A stretch of DNA of 64,000 bases from Octopus sinensis (taxonomy: Eukaryota): assembly GCF_006345805.1 (NCBI RefSeq), contig NC_042997.1, positions 167,214,001 to 167,278,000 of the forward strand. The letters are read 5' to 3'. The translations under genes were made by a program, and so were the position numbers. This document shows positions 1 through 13,134 of this stretch, piece after piece (position 1 is the first letter of the stretch; every line of letters begins with the position of its first letter). Under the pieces are notes generated by a model, which saw only the letters and a list, made by a program, of their open reading frames with translations, was not told where the DNA came from and ran no database searches.

Positions 1-1286
1 TTTCTCCATTTTCCCCCTCGTCTTCTCACTCAGTCTCTCTCTCTTTCACTCTCTCTCTCATTCTCTAACTCAATAACCCACCCCATTCCCTCTCTCTTCC
101 ATATATTTTAACTCAGTCCTATATTTATGAAATCGGCTGTGCATATGCGTGAAACAGGAGATTGAGGGTAGCTGGCATAAACGAAGATCGCCGTGCTGTA
201 GGTAGCATTAGAGGGTGTATGTGGCGTATAACAGGAGAAAGGGGGAGGCATGGAGGGAGAAAGAGAGAAAGTGAAAGTACTAAAGAGTAGAAAATTAGAC
301 ACAAATTGATAGCAAGGATTGCTATTAATTTTTTAAACTGGTATAAAACGCCAGATTTTCAAGGAATCTGGTGTGTTTGTTTAAATTGTACAATACTTCA
401 GTTTAGTAAGCAATGAAAATTAAAGGTAAATCTGAAATAGACAGCATTTGAATTTAGAACAAATAGAGGTAACACTAAATATTTTGGAAATGATTTCGTT
501 GAGTGTCCAGACGATTCTGCCACACCATCATCTTAACTTGTTTGGAATACATAAATAATTTAGATATTTTCATGTAAGAAGCAGAGTTGTTGGAGTTCAG
601 TAGAAAATGCTCTGTATTATTTGTTCCGAAACTCTGCACATTGATATGATAAAGGATAAATGATAAAAAGAGACAACAGACAATGTCTATTGATACATTG
701 TTTTGTATTACGTGAACGCAGATTTTTTTCCCTATTGAACAGTAAGGTGTTGGAAAAGACAAGAGATTTATATTTCGATGCACAAATGTACATTAAAAAA
801 AGTTACTCTAAGGGAGTTTGTACAATATTGGTCGCTAAGTTTTTTTCATCAATTAACTAGTGCACTCATAAAAGATATTAGAGTCTTGTAATACTGACAA
901 TAAGAAATACACTAAGGAGTTTATTAGTTTTAATTTATCTACACAGGTGTATCAACGTGTGTATGTGTATGTGCACTTTGCGTGTGTGTATAAAATGCCC
1001 GGTACAATGTTCCACGTATATAAGGATCATTGTATATATGTACATTGCATCTTAACACTTGAGCCCCATTATGAACCTTTCTAAGTATTTTTATATATAT
1101 TGGAGTCTGACGAGTTGTCTGTAAGGCTAAACGCCTTATAGAGGCGAAACCATTAGTCACTTGTGACCGGCCATACAACTAACTTCCTGTAAATACATTA
1201 CTGTTCAAACGTTTAAAATGTGCTTCTTTTTCGGATATATGATTTACTGAAGATATATGTGTGTATGTGTGTTTGACTGCCTGTGC

Positions 1287-1320
<34 letters not shown>

Positions 1321-1585
1321 ATTATATATAATATAATAATAATAATATAATAATAATAATAATAATAATATAATAATAATAATAATAATAGGGAATATAA
1401 CTCCAAAACTTACAGGGAAAAATTCAATTTAACAGTTTTAAATCAAATTTCACAATTTTAGAGAAAAACCACTATTAAACAATTCAATAAAGAAAGATGT
1501 TATTCACACCATATAGAAAACATATACTATAAAAAAACCTTATTTCAAATCAATAATGTACAATAAATAGTAAATAGTAGTAAAA

Positions 1586-1705
1586 AGACTACGCACATTT
1601 CATGGCTATATTTTCAAATAGATAATAATAATAAAATCAATTCGATTCACAATTAAATCGCACTAAAATTAATTCTATTTAAAAATATAGTCACTCATCA
1701 GGTCT
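1586..1705 (-). ncRNA. Type I hammerhead ribozyme motif in the sense pLTR, with a long stem II
   Basis: Reverse complement reads AGAC-CTGATGA-GTGACTAT...ATAGCCAT-GAA-ATGTGCGT-A-GTCT. Confidence 0.65.
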
Positions 1706-2349
1706 AAGATAATAAATAATAAAAAATAAACAATGATAATAATAGAATAAATGTTCTTATCTTAACTTATACTAATTATCAAATAAATATATTTAAAAAA
1801 TACGTGTATTAACTATAAATAATCAAAAAGCATTTAACTATATTTCTTAAAATAAAAATATAACTTATCTTGTCGAATGATTTTAGTTAACTAACAATTT
1901 AAACGTAAAACGTCGAACTTAGCGTTTATAAGAAATAAGAAATATATCGCGCGAAAATATGGCGTAAATAGAATTTATCGAAGAAGTAGATAGAAATATG
2001 TATTTAAGCTATTAAAATGACAAATGTATTTTAGGTGTAAGAATAAAGGAAAAATTAATTTTAATATACTATTAACTGGAAAAATTATAAAGTCTAAATA
2101 ATTGAAATACTAAATACGTGAAATACATAATATAATAAACATGGATTAAGCTAAAATTCTATAATTTAATCTATTTTCATTAATTGATTTATTTATTTTA
2201 TAAATATCTAATATTCAACTTATTCTAATTATGTAATATAGACTATATAATCTCATGCTAATTTATATACATTTTACTACTACAAATTATAACTACTACA
2301 ATTGGTAACATAAAACAGGGTTTATATATATACACAAAATAGCTAAACT

Positions 2350-4105
2350 TATTATATAAGTAATTTTATTGATGTCACGTGTAATTTTTCGTTCGTCGAG
2401 GGATTTTAAATAATTTTTATTATTAGTTAATAATATCTCCTTAAATTCGTTAGTACATAATAAACAAAAATTACTGCCTATTCGCCTTACAAACTATCCC
2501 CCAATTTAAATTGTACTTAATATTTTTAGATTTTAGTTCCCATATATATTTACTAAGGCCAGTAGAATTAATTAAATTTCTATTTTTAAAAGAATTCATG
2601 TGTTGAGCCACCCGTAATTTAATTTTATTAGTAGTCGACCCTATGTAAATTGCATTTAAATTATAACCATTGCTATTATTATCATCAATCAAAGTCACTA
2701 TGCATTTATATACTACATCATCGAAATTACATTTATTATTAAATTTACAATTACTTTTATCTACTCTTATTATTATTCGAATAATTATTTGATTTGTTTT
2801 TGTAAAATTTATTCAGCTTAAATTTATTAAAGGAAGAAATAATATTACCTGCATTATTAGTAGTAGAATAACCAACTCCCAAAAATTATTACTAGAAAAA
2901 ATGCTATTATATCTTTATTATGTCTAATGAATAGTTCAATTATAGTTAAAATCTCTTTAATAATGTTTTTTTTTAACTTGAGCTCCATGACGAATAATTA
3001 GCCAAATTTTGTTATTATTAATATTATTATATCTATTTTTTATATTATTAAATTTATTATTATCATTAAATAAATGAAATTTAATCTTATTTTTTAGTCT
3101 ATTATTGTATTTATGTTTTGTATTATCATAATACATATTATTAATACTGTAATTACCTAAATAAAACGTATCATAATTCTTAATGTTAGGCTTATTATTA
3201 TAAAAAATATAAGAATCATTTATATTATAATCTTTTATATTATAATCATATTTAGAAGTATTAAATAATTTAACATTATTATTATATCCCGCCTCTCGCA
3301 GGGCTTCATTATAATAAAGTGCGTGTTTTTTGGAAAATCTCAAAATTAGAAGAAAGCAACAATATACTTATACCTATATCATCTATCAATAATTTCTTAA
3401 TAGAAGGTGAGTGATTACTATTAGCATTAATATATCCAAGGTTTTCATTAATTTTATGGAATGGTTGGGATTTACCTGTTATTAAATTAAAATTAGCATG
3501 TAAATAATTAGCATTATAGTTCTCATTATATATAGTAATACTCAATCCATATATTTAAAAAAAAACTATATAGTTTCTTTTATATAATTCTAGTGTTCAA
3601 TTGGTGCAATTCTTAGTTATTAATAAAAGGTCATGCTTATACAGACCACCCTCCAATTTTAATTTTTCTAATTGAAGTTCCGATAATAATTAAATAACTA
3701 TTAAATCAGTTGCCTGTGCAGAATCGGGTGCCCCCATAGGTATATCAAAATAGTCCCTAGTATCCTTCCTAGCACACAATTTATTATTATATCTAATCAA
3801 CGATTTCCTAGCCGTTTTATCAACATCAACTTCATCATAAGTCATTCCTACCATAAAGTAGGGCCTTATTGAGCACTATCTCATTAATAGAAGAATAATA
3901 ATTATCTATATTTATTTGAATGAATTTATATCTATTTTCATCTTTACTATTAAACCATTTTAAAGTATCATTAGTACTAGTCCAAAGTTTAAGTTAATTA
4001 TTTTCATTTAAGCTATTAATATATTTATCTAAAATGATCTTACTTAATTTACCTAGATCTGATTTTCATGGACAAATAAGTCTAACTTTTCACGCGATAA
4101 AATTT
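2350..4105 (-). pseudogene. Penelope RT plus GIY-YIG endonuclease, degraded by stops and frameshifts
   Basis: Minus-strand motifs RLICP*KSDLGKLSKIILDK, DIDNYYSSI, FDIPMGAPDSAQ, YINANSNHSPSI, YIGSTTNKIKLRVAQH...STGLSKYIWELK (ORF 2471-2698) and CLLCTNE. Confidence 0.85.
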
Positions 4106-4567
4106 TCGGAATACAGTCGTTCTTTAGAAACTTTTACGGAAGTGTATCTATTTTCAAAATAATATTTGTTCTGACACATAGTTTGAACTAACTCACCTAC
4201 TCAATATATTGCCACTTGATGCTATAATCATGGTTTGTACTCAGCTTCCTGGAGCCTGAAATAACCGTTATTGCTTTTGACATCTTTATTTCTGCAGAAA
4301 ACATTCTGGAGATAAAATTTTCCATTGATATATTTCTTATTTCTTATAAACGCTTAATTCGACAATGTAAAGTATAGAAGCCACGTTTAAATTGTTAGTT
4401 AACGAAAGTCATTCGACAAGATAAGTTATATTTTTATTTTAAGAAATATTGTTAAATGCTTTTCGATTATTAATAGTTAATACATGTATTTTTATATATA
4501 TTTATTTGATAATTAGTGTAAGTTAAGTGCATTTATTCTATTATTATATTTTATTTTTTATTATCTT

Positions 4568-4685
4568 AGACCTGATGAGTGACTATTTTTAAATAGAATT
4601 AATTTTAGTTCGATTTAATTATGAATCTAATTGATTTTATTATTATTATCTATTTGAAAATATAGTCATGAAACGTGCGTAGTCT
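4568..4685 (+). ncRNA. Type I hammerhead ribozyme motif in the inverted pLTR, with a ~91-nt stem II
   Basis: AGAC(4568)-CTGATGA-GTGACTAT...ATAGTCAT-GAA-ACG TG CGT-A(4681)-GTCT. Stems I, II and III all pair, giving a GUA cleavage triplet. Confidence 0.75.
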
Positions 4686-4923
4686 TTTTACTACTATTTA
4701 CTATTTATTGTACTTTATTGATATAAAATAAGATTTTTTAAAGTATGTTTTCTATATGGTGGGAATAACATTTTTCTTTATTTAATTGTTTAATAGTGGT
4801 TTTTCTCTGAATTATATACATACATACATTCATACATACATACATACATACATACATCCATCCATCCATCCATCCATCCATCCATCCATCCATACATACA
4901 TACATACATACATACATACATCA

Positions 4924-4961
<38 letters not shown>

Positions 4962-5161
4962 TACTCGTAGAGGTTCCAGTCATTGACCGGACATTAAAAG
5001 CAAAATGTAATTGCGTGTATGGGTGTGTATGTATGAATATATGTATGCGTGTATATCCATGCGCGCGCACAAACACACACACATATATACATATATATAT
5101 ATGTGTGTGTGTGTGTACACATACAAACTTACAAACATACGTACATATATATATATACATG

Positions 5162-5268
<107 letters not shown>

Positions 5269-5636
5269 GGTTGTGAGAGAGGAAAAGAACGAGACACAAA
5301 AAGAGATAACGGAAGAAAGACAGAAAGAAAGAAAAAGGATGGAAAGAAGGAAGGCAGGAAGGAAAGAATAAGAGAGATTATAAACATTACAAACAAAATT
5401 CAAGAGAAAGAATAACAGATTATTTGACGTCACAAACTGACCACATTTTTAAGAATGAACTGTATACATTCTCCATTGTATTTCATTAACTTCCGGATAT
5501 AAGAGTTTCTCTATTCTAGTATGAAACTTCCTTGTGACCTCAAAAAGTCTTCAAATAATTATATTCTGTTCTATTTGTAGGTTGATAAATTGAGTGTGCG
5601 TGCGCACTCGCGCGGGTGTGTGCACTTGTGTGAGTG

Positions 5637-5700
<64 letters not shown>

Positions 5701-5821
5701 ACGTAGAGAATTACTAGGTTGTCTGATAAACGGAAACAAACGTTTCAGAAGAAAATATATGATTAGAAAAGAATTTCAACATTATTTCAAAAACTGAAGC
5801 TTGATAACTAATGCTTCCAAA

Positions 5822-6030
5822 ATAGTTGTTTTTCTCCAGAAGTAAAAATGTCAAAAGCAATAACGGTTATTTCTGGCTCCAGGAAGCTGAGTACAAACCA
5901 TGATTATAGAAGCAAGTGGCAATATATTGAGTAGGTGAGTTAGTTCAAACTATGAGTCAGAACAAATATTACTTTGAAAATAGATGCACTTCCGGAAAAT
6001 TGTCTAAAGAACGACTGTATTCCGAAAATT
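5822..6030 (+). repeat. ~200-bp segment with an inverted copy at ~4098-4323
   Basis: Direct alignment by eye, roughly 13 differences in 200 bp. Confidence 0.85.
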
Positions 6031-6174
6031 AATGGAAACTTTAGTTAAGCATTGACGTATTGAAAAAAATTGGATAGTTAAATAAAACATTACGATTAAA
6101 ATTACTTGGAACATTGTCAATACTAAGTCAAAACACGCACTTGAAACAGCATTAGATTAAAATCATCCTTCCTG

Positions 6175-6375
6175 CTAGAGGCACAAAGCCTGAAATTTTG
6201 TGGGAGAGGACTAGTTTATTACATCGACCCCAATCTTACGTTAGTACTTACTTTATCGACCCCGAAAGTAAAAATTTGACCTCGGTGGAATTTGAACTCA
6301 GAACATAAAGAAGGATGAAATGCTGCTAAGAATTTTGCCCTGTGTGCTAACGATTCTGCCAGTTCGTCGTCTTAA
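6175..6375 (-). mobile_element. tRNA-derived SINE (Nin-domain-like family), degenerate
   Basis: Reverse-complement head ctggcagaatcgttagcac, B-box-like gagttcaaattcc and body cggggtcgataaa. Same family as copies at 8715, 39855, 46770 and 48445. Confidence 0.7.
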
Positions 6376-6869
6376 CATTAGATTTAAATAATGAAGCTCA
6401 TTAAATCGTATACACAAACATAGGACGGGACTAGCAAAATTTTAGGTTATCAGATGAATTCGTTCGGTATCTTTATTCTATTTAAATTATATGACCATGA
6501 TTACCAGAATAGTAATTCAAATATTTAATTTTATTATTTAAAATATAGAAACTAAATTATGACATTAAACACATTTCAGTTAAAATTCATCTCCATCCCA
6601 CCCCACCCCCCACATCAGCAGCTGTCGGATGGCTGAGTGGCCTGTGGTACCAGACTGAAGGTGTGATACTCTAACCGGCACGAAGAGCATTCCACGAATA
6701 GGGAAGGCGTTTTATTTCTCCTCCTGATAACAGTTTATATTTTTACCTGTCACATAAATTCCTACCCCTTTATGTTGGGTTTCTTTCCTTTTATCTGTTT
6801 ATTTTGATCCTCATTTTACAACAACAATTTTAATGAATCAGTCACTGAACAGTATTCGTATAAGATAAC

Positions 6870-7830
6870 AATGTTTACGACTTCATGCGAACGTTTCCCT
6901 AATTTGTCAGTGCCTTGCCGGTAGAATTCATCAGGTTTTAACTTGAAGAATTCATAAAGTCACATGTTCAGTTCTACATCGTTATTGAACGAAACACCTA
7001 ACAGACTGTTGGTGATCGACCCGGAAAGGTGAAAAATCAGGATAATAGGATCGGTGTATTAGAAATTTCCAACTGAGCTCTTGAATAACATGTTAGGTAA
7101 AATAGCAACGTGTAGGTGAGAGGGGCGAGCGTTATCGTGTTGAAGAAACACACTGACGCCAGTTGATGTATTTCAGCTAGATTGCCCTGTTGAGTTGGTA
7201 CATTTGTTGCACGTAAAGCTCTGCATTGACCGTGTGGTTGTTTTCAAACATTTCGAAGTGGATTAGCACTTACCATTCCCACCATATGCGTGGATGAATT
7301 TGTCGGGATCCATCCATTCTTTACTGTTTTATATTGATGTAAAAACATCATTCTTCATCATCGGTTCTCTGTTCATGAGTAACCTAGTGTTGAACGACGA
7401 GCAAACTGGTGGTGATGGAGAAGCACTGGAGTTTGTCTCGTTCGTTCAGAGTGTATCAACTTGCACCGAGTTGTTGGACCTTACCCTTTAGCGTGAAGGT
7501 AACAGGCGACTGTATCATGAGGGCATCTCATTTTCTGGTTCAATTCCCAAGGGAGTTGACACAGATTCTCGTGGATGAGCTCCCCCGATCGATCATCATT
7601 GAACTCGACAGGTCAGCTGCAGCACGGAGAATCTATGAGGCTGATGTTTCCTCTGTGAAGCATGGAAACCTTTCTCGTGCCGTTCTTTCTGTAATAGCGC
7701 TTTCTTCGTAAGCAGCAGAAATGTCACGAGCGGCTTTGACAACTGTAATAACTCAGTTGAAAGCGAAGAGAAGCGGATGTCAAAAATGTCCTTTGTTTTT
7801 CTACTCGGCAGTCTGTCGTCATATGTCTGA
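6870..7830 (-). pseudogene. mariner (DD34D) transposase remnant
   Basis: Minus-strand fragments KAARDISAAYEESAITERTARE, LQHDNARP and LSWKFLIHRSYYPDF (degenerate HPPYSPDL motif). Confidence 0.75.
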
Positions 7831-8714
7831 AAATAAGTACAATTTATTCGAATTTCAAAAACGGTAAACAAGAGCTGCAAAAAAAAAAATTAAACATTAA
7901 GATAAAGTTCATGTGAATTCAAACATGAAAGAAACGAATGAATTCTTGTGACAACCTAATATTTTGTTTCAGAGAAATCTCTCAGAGACTTGGATGTTTC
8001 CCTGAGACAAAATATTACTGCTAATACCGTTCTGCGTTTGCATATACATGATAAATGTATATATAATTGTTATTGGTAATACAGTTTTGTGTAAGTAATA
8101 TCAATCCTATACCAAAGTTCTGCAGTTCTCCACATCTAAAATTGTTGTTTTCTCTTTAAAATTAAGAACAATTAGGGCTGACCCATTTTATAAGAACTCA
8201 CCTGCGTTAGATCTACGAGTCAAAGCCTTTAAGACATAAATTAAAACCTTACATAAATTTCATGTAGAAGGTTTTTGATAAGTTATAACATTGAAAAATA
8301 TATTTTATTAAATACTGTAGGTTACGTTTAAAATTAGCTGAAATGTATCCAAGTAGAAAGCACCGGTTTTCCAGAAAGTCGAAGACAATAGTACTTAGCA
8401 CTATATACCGTATTCTATTTCTCTTTATTGTTTGTCTGCGTGTCTACAATTTCTTATATTTTTCCTTTTCTTTCTTCTCAGTCCTTTTATTTAACATAAA
8501 AGTTTGTCAAGTCAAATTCCAATATATGTGCTACATGAGAGCAAATGGCAACAAAGAAAATATTTCTTGTCTTCAGTTATTATATACAAGCTGACGTAAT
8601 TGGTTGTCTTGACCAGACATTGAATATGCAGAAACAATTTTCTTTTTGGCTTTGTTTTCTGAAATTACAGGAGTTAACTTCGAAAGTTTTATGTAGTTTA
8701 ATATTAGTTCCAAT

Positions 8715-8908
8715 CTTTTACAAAAGGCCAGCAATTAAGTTAATTACGTCGACCCTCAGTACGCAACTGGTAATTATTTTATCGTCCACGAAGTGATGAA
8801 AAGCAAGGTCGGTCTCGGCGGAATTTGAAATCAAAACGTAATGACGGACGAAATACCGGTTAAGCATTTTGCGCGGTATGGTAACGATCCTGCCAGCTCG
8901 CCGCCTTA
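8715..8908 (-). mobile_element. tRNA-derived SINE (Nin-like family)
   Basis: Reverse complement ggcggcgagctggcaggatcgttacc...ttttgatttcaaattccgccgag...ctgagggtcgac. Confidence 0.7.
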
Positions 8909-9677
8909 CAATTTTATATAATGATGTTCACACATATTTTATATTCTGATGAAGCTTCACCTTTAAGGTTGAACTTTTTCGGGCTTCAAGGATATGAAAA
9001 ACTTTTGAGAATGTGTTTATTGTTCATTTTAATTTTTGACATAAAAATTTCACATTTATTTTTACTTTCTGTCTTTCGTTTATTTTTTTCCTTTTGTAAT
9101 TCTATTGACATGAAACACACGAAACAGAAGAGTAATATAGTATCTCTCTGGTGTTCTCCACTCCTTCTTCATAAATACTCTTGAAGTTACATTTCTTACA
9201 GTATTCTAAGATACAATTAAATTATCCTATTACAAGATATTCTATCTTCTGAATTTCTAGTTTGCCTTCTTTCTCCCGTTCTTTCTGTTTGGCTCTCCTT
9301 TCTTTTGGCTCTTCTTTCTTTTACTATATGAGCTTTTCTCTCTCTCTCTCTCCTTCTCCCTCTCTGAATTTCTTCTCTATTCTCTTCACCAGATTATCTT
9401 CCTTTCACCTTCTTTGTCTCGATTAAACGACTATGTTTTTACTGACTTTAGCTAACGTTGTAATTTAGTCAATCGTTATATCTATTTAGATATTGAAATA
9501 CTCATATTTAAAAACCTTGCTGTCGTCAAATGTTTATAACATTCTGAAACTAAAAGTTTTACAAAAACAAACGACGATATGCATGACGTATACACACATA
9601 CAATCATACAAACATACATACATACATACATACATACATACATACATACAGACACGTGCATACATATACACACAAAC

Positions 9678-9712
<35 letters not shown>

Positions 9713-9967
9713 TGTATGTATTTATGTATGTATGTATGTATGTATGTATTATGTATGTATTTATGTATGTATGTATGTATGTATGCATGCATGTATGTAT
9801 GTATGTATGTATGTATGTATGTATGTATCTTACTGTTGTTATAATAGATAGAACAAAAAGATAACCATTATATTACTTATTTATGTAATTACGATATTAT
9901 AAAAATGAGTATGTTTTTATTCCATTAAAGAATATGGAACATTATTTACATTATTTGTTATTATGGT

Positions 9968-10046
9968 TATTTGTCCGCATCTTGTTTGTTGTTAACACAA
10001 TGCTTCGGCTGACTTGTGTTAACAACTAACAAGATGAGGACAAATA
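9968..10046. repeat. 33-bp-stem fold-back hairpin
   Basis: tatttgtccgcatcttgtttgttgttaacacaa pairs with ttgtgttaacaactaacaagatgaggacaaata, with 2 mismatches and a 13-nt loop. Confidence 0.9.
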
Positions 10047-10437
10047 TCCCTCAATTGTAAATAATGTACGTAATTCCTCATCTGTAATATGAAACATCTA
10101 TGAAATTTCTAGTTCTCTGTCTGTATATATGTGTGTGTGCGTTAAATAAAATGAAACAACAATATCAAGGCAGTGTGTAATTTGTAGGACATTTATAAAG
10201 AGAACCATTTGTAATAATAAAATATGAACTCCTATCGGAATTTACATACCATGGACAAGAGGCCTTTCTATCCAATCTACACAGCACATTCTTTGGATAA
10301 TAGAACTGTTACTGTAACATCAAACATATATTTTTATTCTCTTATTTCCCTTGATATTTCCTTTATATCTCCCTTTCCAAAATAACTTCTTATATTGAAC
10401 TCTATTTCCAGCTATTTAACTCTCTCATATCGTTATC

Positions 10438-10485
10438 GTCTCTGATGAAGGGATAGCCCTCATATCCCTGAAACAGCTGTTAGAC
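10438..10485 (+). ncRNA. Minimal type I hammerhead ribozyme (Penelope pLTR type)
   Basis: GTCT-CTGATGA-AGGGATA gccctca TATCCCT-GAA-ACAGCTGT-T-AGAC. Canonical core, 7-bp stem II, palindromic stem III, GUU triplet. Confidence 0.8.
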
Positions 10486-10724
10486 TACCTTTCCCTTTAT
10501 AAACGTCCCAGAAATGTCACACTGCTTAGGTTATGTTGTCTCATTTTATTTAACATATACATAATCACACACGACCCGCATTAGACTCCTCACTCATACT
10601 ATTATCGAACTTGGAGTCTAACTACGGTCCTTCTGTTACACTTACATAGCCTTACCTGCCATTTTGGGTCTCCTGGACACCAAAATGTCTCATATATATA
10701 TTATATATATATATATTATATATA

Positions 10725-10778
<54 letters not shown>

Positions 10779-10794
10779 CCACGATATATCAGTC

Positions 10795-10994
10795 GCCATG
10801 ATAGATCGTTAGCCACTACACACATTTTTTCTCTCCTTGTTTCTCTCCTTGTTTTTTCTATGTCCCTTTCTGTAGAAGAGCGTAGGCTCGAAACGTAAAA
10901 GACTTTTTCTATTTCTGAGCGTTATACTAATACTAATACATCTTTTTGTTTTGTACACCACCTGTCTTCGTCTTTTGTTTTTTTCGTAAACTCT

Positions 10995-11000
<6 letters not shown>
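10795..11000 (+). mobile_element. ~200-bp Penelope-tail-like repeat with a variant-core HHR, ending in (TA)n
   Basis: CTTT-CTGTAGA-A-GAGC gtag GCTC-GAA-ACGT-A-AAAG at 10866-10901. Same repeat at 28100, 32514 and 37372. Confidence 0.65.
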
Positions 11001-11047
<47 letters not shown>

Positions 11048-11065
11048 ATATATATATATCTATAT

Positions 11066-11124
<59 letters not shown>

Positions 11125-11713
11125 ATGCAACGGAGGCAGTATTATTACCGAATGGTAATTTTTGTGTTTATATGCACTGAACGTCTATATGAGAGACTTT
11201 CTCGAGATGAATATTGCAGTATTATGGTGATTTGATAATACATCCACATTATTTAGGATACAGAACATGTCGCATGTATGTATATCAATTAGAGGCGCAC
11301 TAAGCAGCGTTGAATGAAATATAGTTATGTACAATAATTTTTCACGTATTTCTGTATACTCGGACATGGAATGACAATACACAACACAAATTATCACGAG
11401 GCAAGAGATTCACCTTATATAGACAATACTGACGTAAATACACCTCAGCGCCATGAATGACGTCACCGGACTGTAGAACACAAACGTTTCTGCATCGTTA
11501 CGATTTATCAGCTATGTATACCGAGCTATGTTTCATGGCTACTAAGAGCTGGTCGCTCTCGTATTAGAACAGCAGGTGTCACATTTGCTGATGTGCGAAA
11601 CGCATTGAAATGTATATACATATCTATATTTGTGTATGTTTATATGTATGTATTTGTGTGTGTATGTGTGTGTGTGTGCGCGTGCGTGCGTGTGTGTGTA
11701 TGTGTGTGTGTGC

Positions 11714-11778
<65 letters not shown>

Positions 11779-12639
11779 CCCGTGTATTTTTCGTGTGATG
11801 ATGTCTGTGCGTACTTCTCTCACATTTTTAACAGTTAAAAAAATATCCACTAATTTCGCTAATTAAACATGAACAATAACTATAACGGTAACAACAGCAT
11901 CAGAAACAACAAGGCCTACATTGAAGCAACTCATATATCCGTATATCCGTGTTTTATCTCATCCTTGAATGATAAGGTCATGGAAGTATTTCGATATGAC
12001 GTAAAGTGACCGGCATTATCTAGTGTTGAAATTATTCGACTTGTATCCGTAATAGTGATAATATTTGAATAACGTCAATATTTCAAGTTGTATCCGATGT
12101 TTGACAAACACGTGTAGAGCCTATAATATAGAAAGCTACTTGTTGCCTTCTTGTTGTCTTCTTGGGTGTTCTGATAGCAGGTAATGCACGACAGAGATGA
12201 GAAGTAATCTAACTCTGTCTTCATGTTTACTTTGGGAATTTTCTTTTTTATTCAATAAGCGCAACAATAACATGCTGAGGTTTACAGATAATTACCATTC
12301 TACAACCTTGTTATTTTGCTGTGTATATAATACCAGAAGATCATTTTCAAGCATTTTTGTTGATTTGAAAAGGAAACAAAACAAATGGTAAAACAAACAA
12401 ATTCCTGGCGCTGAATAAATTTTAATGAAATGGACATGTTGATTTAGAAATACTTCTACACCAAATGTTGTAAATCATAAATTGCACATATATTAAAACA
12501 GAGGAGGTAATTAATTGTATAAACATAAAGTATTTTTTTCGGTCAAATATTTTTACATTTACACAGTTAGTCACAAACTTACTCAGTTTTAGTAAATGCC
12601 GTTCGCTTCTGTTTGATTCTTCAAGTTACTGTGTATTTT

Positions 12640-13134
12640 AATAATAATAATAATTGTGTACAGTGCTCAGGTGCACTACAACTCATCTAAAGTGTATATA
12701 TAATCAGGTGTAGTTTCGGCGGATTTCGGAAAGCATGAGGGCCTTAAAGGATGCAGTGTCATGGCAGTCAACAACTGACGCAGGCAGTTTATTCCATGCT
12801 TCAGCAACTCTGAGCGTGAAAAAATGTTTCCGAAGTCATGGGGAGCGGGTTTTGTTTCTGACTTTGTAGGCATGTCCACGTGTGTTAGACACATGGAGAT
12901 CAAAAGGTGTTCAGTGTTGTTGTTGGTTAGGTGGTTGATAACTTTGTGGGTGTTTACCAAGTCCGTCGCCAGATGCCGGAGCTTCAGTGAATCCATGCCC
13001 AGGGAAACAAGGCGCTCAGAATATGGTAGGTGTCTGACGGAGGGTATGCGTTTGGTTGCACGTCTCTGGACAGGTTCCAGGAGGTCAATGTTCTGAGCAA
13101 GATAGGGGTTCCAAACTGATGATGCGAATTCCAA
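12640..13134 (-). mobile_element. CR1/L2-type LINE 3' end
   Basis: ORF 12676-13134 EFASSVWNPY...VQRRATKRIP...YSERLVSLGMDSL, followed by an (ATT)n tail. Confidence 0.8.

Larger units (their letters stand above)
1391..4813 (-). mobile_element. Penelope-like retroelement, 5'-truncated, with an inverted pseudo-LTR (pLTR) copy at its 5' side
   Basis: ~490-bp inverted repeats (~1452-1949 vs ~4327-4813) each contain an HHR motif and enclose RT and GIY-YIG remnants on the minus strand. The 3' tail runs into (TAA)n at 1333-1390 and the other arm ends in (CATA)n. Confidence 0.85.

Noticed and set aside
480-860. Possible hAT transposase C-terminal remnant (MSIDTL)
   Set aside because: Too degenerate to support.
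8555-8670. Possible minus-strand terminal exon (ttcag|...ENKAKKKIVSAYSMSGQDNQLRQLVYNN*)
   Set aside because: No recognisable homology or partner exons. It would need RNA-seq.
8945-8990. CTGATGA followed by a hairpin
   Set aside because: No GAAA or stem III follows, so it is not a hammerhead. The same applies to CTGATGA near 41593 and 56535.
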